Source: Eledone cirrhosa
Lineage: Eukaryota
DNA length: 64,000 nucleotides
NCBI GenBank assembly: GCA_964016885.1
Contig: OZ024743.1
Coordinates: 273,978,001-274,042,000 of the forward strand
Direction of reading: 5' to 3'
The stretch's first letter is position 1. The number at the start of each line of letters is the position of its first letter. A program made the position numbers and the translations under genes. Under the pieces are notes generated by a model, which was given only the letters and a program-made list of their open reading frames with translations, made no database searches and was not told the DNA's origin. This document shows, piece by piece, positions 58,743-64,000 of the stretch.

Positions 58743-61700
58743 CTCCTTTTATATATATATATATATATATATGAAAACAGGGAGAAAAAGATTTTTTCTT
58801 CCTTTTTTATTCTTTTCTGGGTGAGAAAATGATTAAAACGAAATGTGAAGTGTTAAGGTATTAGTTGATTTATTTATTAATTAACAATGCCCTTTATTCA
58901 TTTATTTATATATTTAATAATTGTCTATTACCGGTTTCAGCATTTTTATGCATTATCAATGATAATAATATGTATTGGTGTAGAATCGTGGTGTTGGACA
59001 TGTTAAAGAAATGGTGCAGAAAGAATAATGTTATTTACAAACAAGGTTTATGAAGTGAAAATAAAAAATCCAAAAACGGGCGTAATGTATATACATACAT
59101 ATCATACTCCCCTGTCTAAACTGATATCGTGTTTTTTCATAAGCAGTAATGGAAAATAATCATATAAACTATTGGGTAAACAAAATGATTCACAGACATC
59201 ATAATTGTTATTGGCTTAGGAGAATAAACCATACCCATAAACGTTTTGCAGCATATAATACTGTTTACCATGCAACAACACCTGGTAACAGGTGACATAT
59301 CACTGAAGATAAAGAAAGAAATAATTATTCATTCGTCTCTATTATATTTCTTGATGCTGTAGATGCAATATCTTCGCAGCTTAAGCATTCGCACTAAGAA
59401 TAGATATTAGTTTATTACATGTAAACATATTGTGTTCATATAAGTTATTATTCTGAATAAGATAATGGTATTGCTATCGCTAATCAAAATGAATAGCACA
59501 AGTTACAAAGAAATGTAAATACGTAAGCTTTTACCGGTCTAACACATCTAAAAGAAATCTGTGGTTTCCACCCATCAGCACCCGTTAGCAGTTCATCGCG
59601 TGCTAAGTAAGTATTTGTAAATACATTGAAACTCTTCCGCCACTCTTACCCAAAATGTTGAAGTAGCTGCGTCATATTTGCTGCTTAAATACTACAATTT
59701 CACAAGCTGGATGTTTGATATATGTACAAATATTGTATATGGGTGTATATACGCTTATATCCTGAATCACTCTGTATTAGTGCTATCGCTAATTAAACAT
59801 AGCCGCTCGAACTCGCACTGGATGTACATAAGCATTCACCATGAATACTTTGTTTACAAATATCTCGATATTGTTTTGCATGATTTAGCAACTGTTCTGG
59901 CATTTTATAAGTGTATCGAAATGCATTCATTGCACATATTGATATCACTGAAGTAGGCGAAACATGAGACTAGCAATATGTTTATTATACGTAAATATAT
60001 TTCGTTTACATTCACTTTAATTTGGACCCTCTTTTTTGTTAGTGATATCAGTAATTACGTTAACCAATTCTTTAAACCATTTAAACATCTCAGCAACATT
60101 TCAATGGCTGCAAGTCGGCATTTCATCAATTATAGGAGCCTCAGTGTATTACACATCGAACTAGTTGCGGCCCTATCTACCAACAGGCTTATATTGATGA
60201 ATCGTTTCCGCTTGTTAGCTGTAACATGACATGACACTGCTCAATGGAATTGGCCGCTACAGGAAAACCCATGACTGGATATATATCTCCTCAGATGGGA
60301 TATCATGATTTAATGGGTTATTTTCCTGGGCTTCCAAGATTAGTCAGTTAGTGAAAGTAAAATTCCCTCAAATTGGAGACTTCACAGGAATGCTTGCAAT
60401 CATGTAGACTGGCAGGTAGTCATGTTGAAACTGCAGGCGGATTTAGCTTTCTATCGAATTAAATGGAATTGTAAATCAGAATGCAATAGCCGTAACTAAT
60501 AAGGGGAAATTATCTGTCGATTGTGCCAGTCTGATGTCTAATGCATGTATTTTTAATCGTCTCAAAAAGGGCAAAAGGCAAAGTTGATTTCGATGAGATT
60601 TGAAGTCAGAACAAACGCAAGGACCTGACACTCTAGCGTTTATGAAGTTGATTATTGTGTATGATATTTGGAGAGTTTTTCAGCTTTGTCCGATTCGCTT
60701 TCTCTCAGTTAATCTTTTTGAACGTGCATATGAAAATCTTGTTTGTTTTTTTTTTCCCTTTTTTTTTTGTGGTTTCTGTTAAAAATTATAATTTACTCAA
60801 GTGTTGGGTATTATGACTTTATTTTTATGGAATATATAAGGAAAATGTGTATTTATCTACATAGTGTTCGGAATCCCATAAAATTAGAAAGGTTGGTGTG
60901 ACATTACAAATTCCTTATCTAGCTGTGTATGTAGGCAGTACAGATTCATTTGATTTGACAGCATTGAACATTAACATGCTAATATGCATGCCATCAGCAA
61001 TTTGTCCCATTATATTATCAGAGTTTAAGGAAGTTTTGAAAAATATAGCAGCTGATTAGATGGTACTTTAAATGCTCGTAATCAACAAAAGTATCGACTT
61101 AAATTCACAGCATTATCTCACCTAAAAAATAGATAAAATTTATTAGATATTCTGAGAGCTTACACACTACCTCAGGCAATTTCTCTCATGACAGTAATTT
61201 CCGTAGATTCTCATAAAAAAAATTCAGAACAGCCAAACTAAAAGAAATATTAATCTGTATAGCCTTTAGGAAGTGTTACTGTCACTGATTTAACTTGAAT
61301 AAATGAAGCATTTCTAATGTATCCACATTACAACTTAGTTTCGAGTAACACAAGTGAAATTCTCCTTTACCAATGTATGCGGAGAGGTGTTAATAACTAA
61401 AAGAAGTTATTTTGACTATCGCTTGCAGTCAGGCTTAGTTCTATCTATTAATATGTGCGTTAGATTAATCTCCAATCACAAAACATTTCAAGCTTCGTTA
61501 GTAATAATACCCAATTGATTACAGAAAAGACATTACACTTTTATACCGCTACTTCACCCATGAAACTGTAAATAAGGCGTTCAAATATATTAACGAGCTT
61601 TGTTAAAATGGAGGTTGTGAATTCTGAATGTGATGCTGCTCATTTCAGTGCTTCTAGTTGTATTATTATGGCTGTGGTCCTTTATATATATATATAGCAT

Positions 61701-61763
61701 TCTATAAATTTATATTTCCATTGTATTTTATTTATTTTCTGTTATGTTTTTTTTTCTGTTTAG

Positions 61764-61929
61764 GGATCACGACGAAGAATATTCTGTGTTTGAAGCAGCT
61801 AAGAAATTAAATGAAGTGTCTGGATTCAAGGGTCTTGGACGATTCTTTAAACAAGTCGCTCAATCAGCTCGTAAAGGAAGCAGTGGCAGTGTTGATGACT
61901 TCCTGGGTTGTGTTAATATCTCAGCCAAA
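61764..61929 (+). CDS. BAIAP3: internal exon of a Munc13-4/BAIAP3 (unc-13-4-like) gene, C2A domain
   Basis: Polypyrimidine tract + AG (61762-63) and GTAAGT donor (61930). Peptide (W)[55 protein letters not shown] matches the [27 protein letters not shown] signature. BAIAP3 versus UNC13D orthology cannot be resolved from one exon. Confidence 0.9.
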
Positions 61930-62368
61930 GTAAGTGAACTGAATATAAATAACATAATATATAATCAATCTTGATGATCACACATAGATTAATTTTCATC
62001 TCAGCACATATATATATATATATATGTGTGCGTGTGTGACGGAAAAAATAGTTAATCTTTGTTTTTTTTTGTGTTTTTTGTTTCTTTCGATCTAAAATTC
62101 CGGGACTTAAAATTCCCTTCTTCAGAGTATAAGGAACTCTCGGTATGAGGAATTCTTCAAGTGTTGCTGAGGTTTGCTTTATTATTCATGAGAAGGTGGA
62201 GGATGACATCAATTCCTGATGTAACATTTCATGGAATGAATTTTCCTACGTGAGATGATTTTTAGGTTGCGTGCGTGTGGATGTGTTCTTTTATGTTAAT
62301 TGTTGTGTGCAGTGTTCTATCTTATTGATTTGTGGGTTAAGTCTACGTATGAGCAAGGCATACATACG

Positions 62369-62402
<34 letters not shown>

Positions 62403-62446
62403 CATGTATATGTATATATATATAACGTGTGTGTGTGTGCGCGCGC

Positions 62447-62534
<88 letters not shown>

Positions 62535-62538
<4 letters not shown>

Positions 62539-62815
62539 GTAAGTATGTATGCGTACATACATATATGCATACAGACGTACAGTAGCATGTATATATATAC
62601 ATACAGGCACACATATATATATGCATGTATCAGTTTACCGAACATTTATTATAACGCTCGGTTTGTTCGTTTGTAAACAAACAAACAGCCTGAATTACGC
62701 CGTACAGTGTTTAGGCAAACACGTCACCTTTTTGTTCAACACTGACACAGGAACGATGTACTAGTTTCAAGCTTATTAGCTATCGACAGCACCGTATACA
62801 TTTCTGCCAGGCTGT
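62535..62815 (-). mobile_element. inverted 5' pLTR of the adjacent Naiad-like PLE; hammerhead core mutated (CUGUCGA)
   Basis: Homologous to 23640-23905 and directly abuts the RT sequence. Confidence 0.8.
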
Positions 62816-62819
62816 TTGT

Positions 62820-64000
62820 TTGTTTACCTCAATGGCCAAGAAAACCCACACAGATAGATGGAACGGGTGGACCAGAGCCATACGGACACCCGAAAACCAC
62901 GATGAACTGAAGAAAATGATTGCACATGCGGTAGGGGCCAGCATAAAACTAACCCTTAAGGAACATATGTTCAAATTTATTGGAAAAACATATGCCCAAG
63001 AGGAAGGAGCAGCCATTGGTGTTAGCATTGCAGGCGACATAACTAACTTATTCATGGTATGGTGGGACAGTAGACTTAAACTTAAACTTAAAGAACAATT
63101 AGAAGACCCCTTAACCCTGATAATGTAACCCTCTACGTTGATGATATAAACATCGTAGTTAAGACACCCCCACTAGAGAACAGTCAGGAACTAGAGAAAA
63201 ACACAATGGAAAGCATCCAGCAAATAGCTAACTCCATCCACCAGAGCATTAGAGTTACTATAGACTACCCAAGTAAACACCCCACCCATCGAATACCTGT
63301 ACTAGACACAGAGCTCTGGTTAGATACCATTAATAACAAAAAACAAATCCTCCATTCCCATTATGCCAAACCCATGACTTCCAAACATCTGATCCACCGA
63401 AACTCGGCCGTTTCGGACCATACCAAAATCAACATACTGATTGCGGATTTGGTACGGGTGATGAGAAACGTGTCCCGCATGTGCAACCCCGAAGAACTAG
63501 ATAGACACATACAACACTTCATCCACCGTATGCAGTTCTCTGGCTACAATCAGAGGGATAAAATCAGAGTGTATAGAGAGCCAGAACTAAATGGGAAAAA
63601 ATGGTAAATAATGACATAAATGGGACCTGCCCCTTGTATAGGAGCAAATTGTGGAATAGAATAGAAAGAACTAGGAATAAGGCTAATAGAATAAACTCAT
63701 GGTATGATAGCAATAAATACCAGAGTGTAATGTTCATCGATACAACCCCTAGAGGTGAATTAGCTTACAAATTTAGAAGGGCCCTAAATAAACATAAACT
63801 CAATATTAAAATAGTAGAAACACCAGGTACCTCCGTAAAAACAATTATTAGCAAGACATACCCTTTCCAAAGACCCTCATATATAGATAAGAAATGTATA
63901 ACCTGTAAAATAAGCCCCCATATTAACTGTAAAACTAGAAATGTAGTGTATAGCATAAGATGTACTGAAGGACAATGTAGAGACAAAAATATAGTGTACA
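62820..64000 (+). pseudogene. Naiad-like PLE RT + start of GIY-YIG, two frameshifts, runs off the window
   Basis: GAAIGVSIAG..FMVWWD, LYVDD (frameshift at ~63128), IPVLD, HYAKP, then after a frameshift at ~63577 CPLYR, MFIDTTPRGELA, IKIVETPG, CITC..NCKTRNVVYSIRC..C..VY. Clade assignment is from recalled motifs. Confidence 0.85.

Noticed and set aside
62820-64000. Selenoprotein (in-frame TGA) Naiad
   Set aside because: The reconstructed frame within the window has frameshifts but no in-frame TGA; any SECIS would lie outside the window.

Overview
Eukaryotic, AT-rich and microsatellite-saturated DNA, most likely from an octopus/cephalopod genome (inferred from the SINE family, the 5S-like sequence and the (TA)n density). 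The only host coding sequence I can support is one 166-bp internal exon (61764-61929, +) encoding part of the C2A domain of a Munc13-4/BAIAP3-type protein, so most of the window is probably intron. Most ORFs in the track are (TA)n/(TG)n translation artefacts. The window is dominated by Penelope-like elements (PLEs: RT + GIY-YIG) of at least two clades and their solo or fold-back pseudo-LTRs, nearly all embedded in (TA)n tracts. It also has a decayed CR1/L2-group LINE, RTE fragments, tRNA-derived SINEs and an orphan 5S copy. Reading the pLTRs by eye reveals several distinct families of type I hammerhead ribozymes. Two have recurrent non-canonical catalytic cores: a compensatory U3-A8 core (UUGAUAA) and a U4C core (CCGANGA), each in more than one diverged copy. 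Several pLTRs form head-to-head palindromes that turn at a shared CGCCATnTT motif, and some units are chimeras of PLE ends with LINE sequence. All RNA folds were done by eye and none has been tested.
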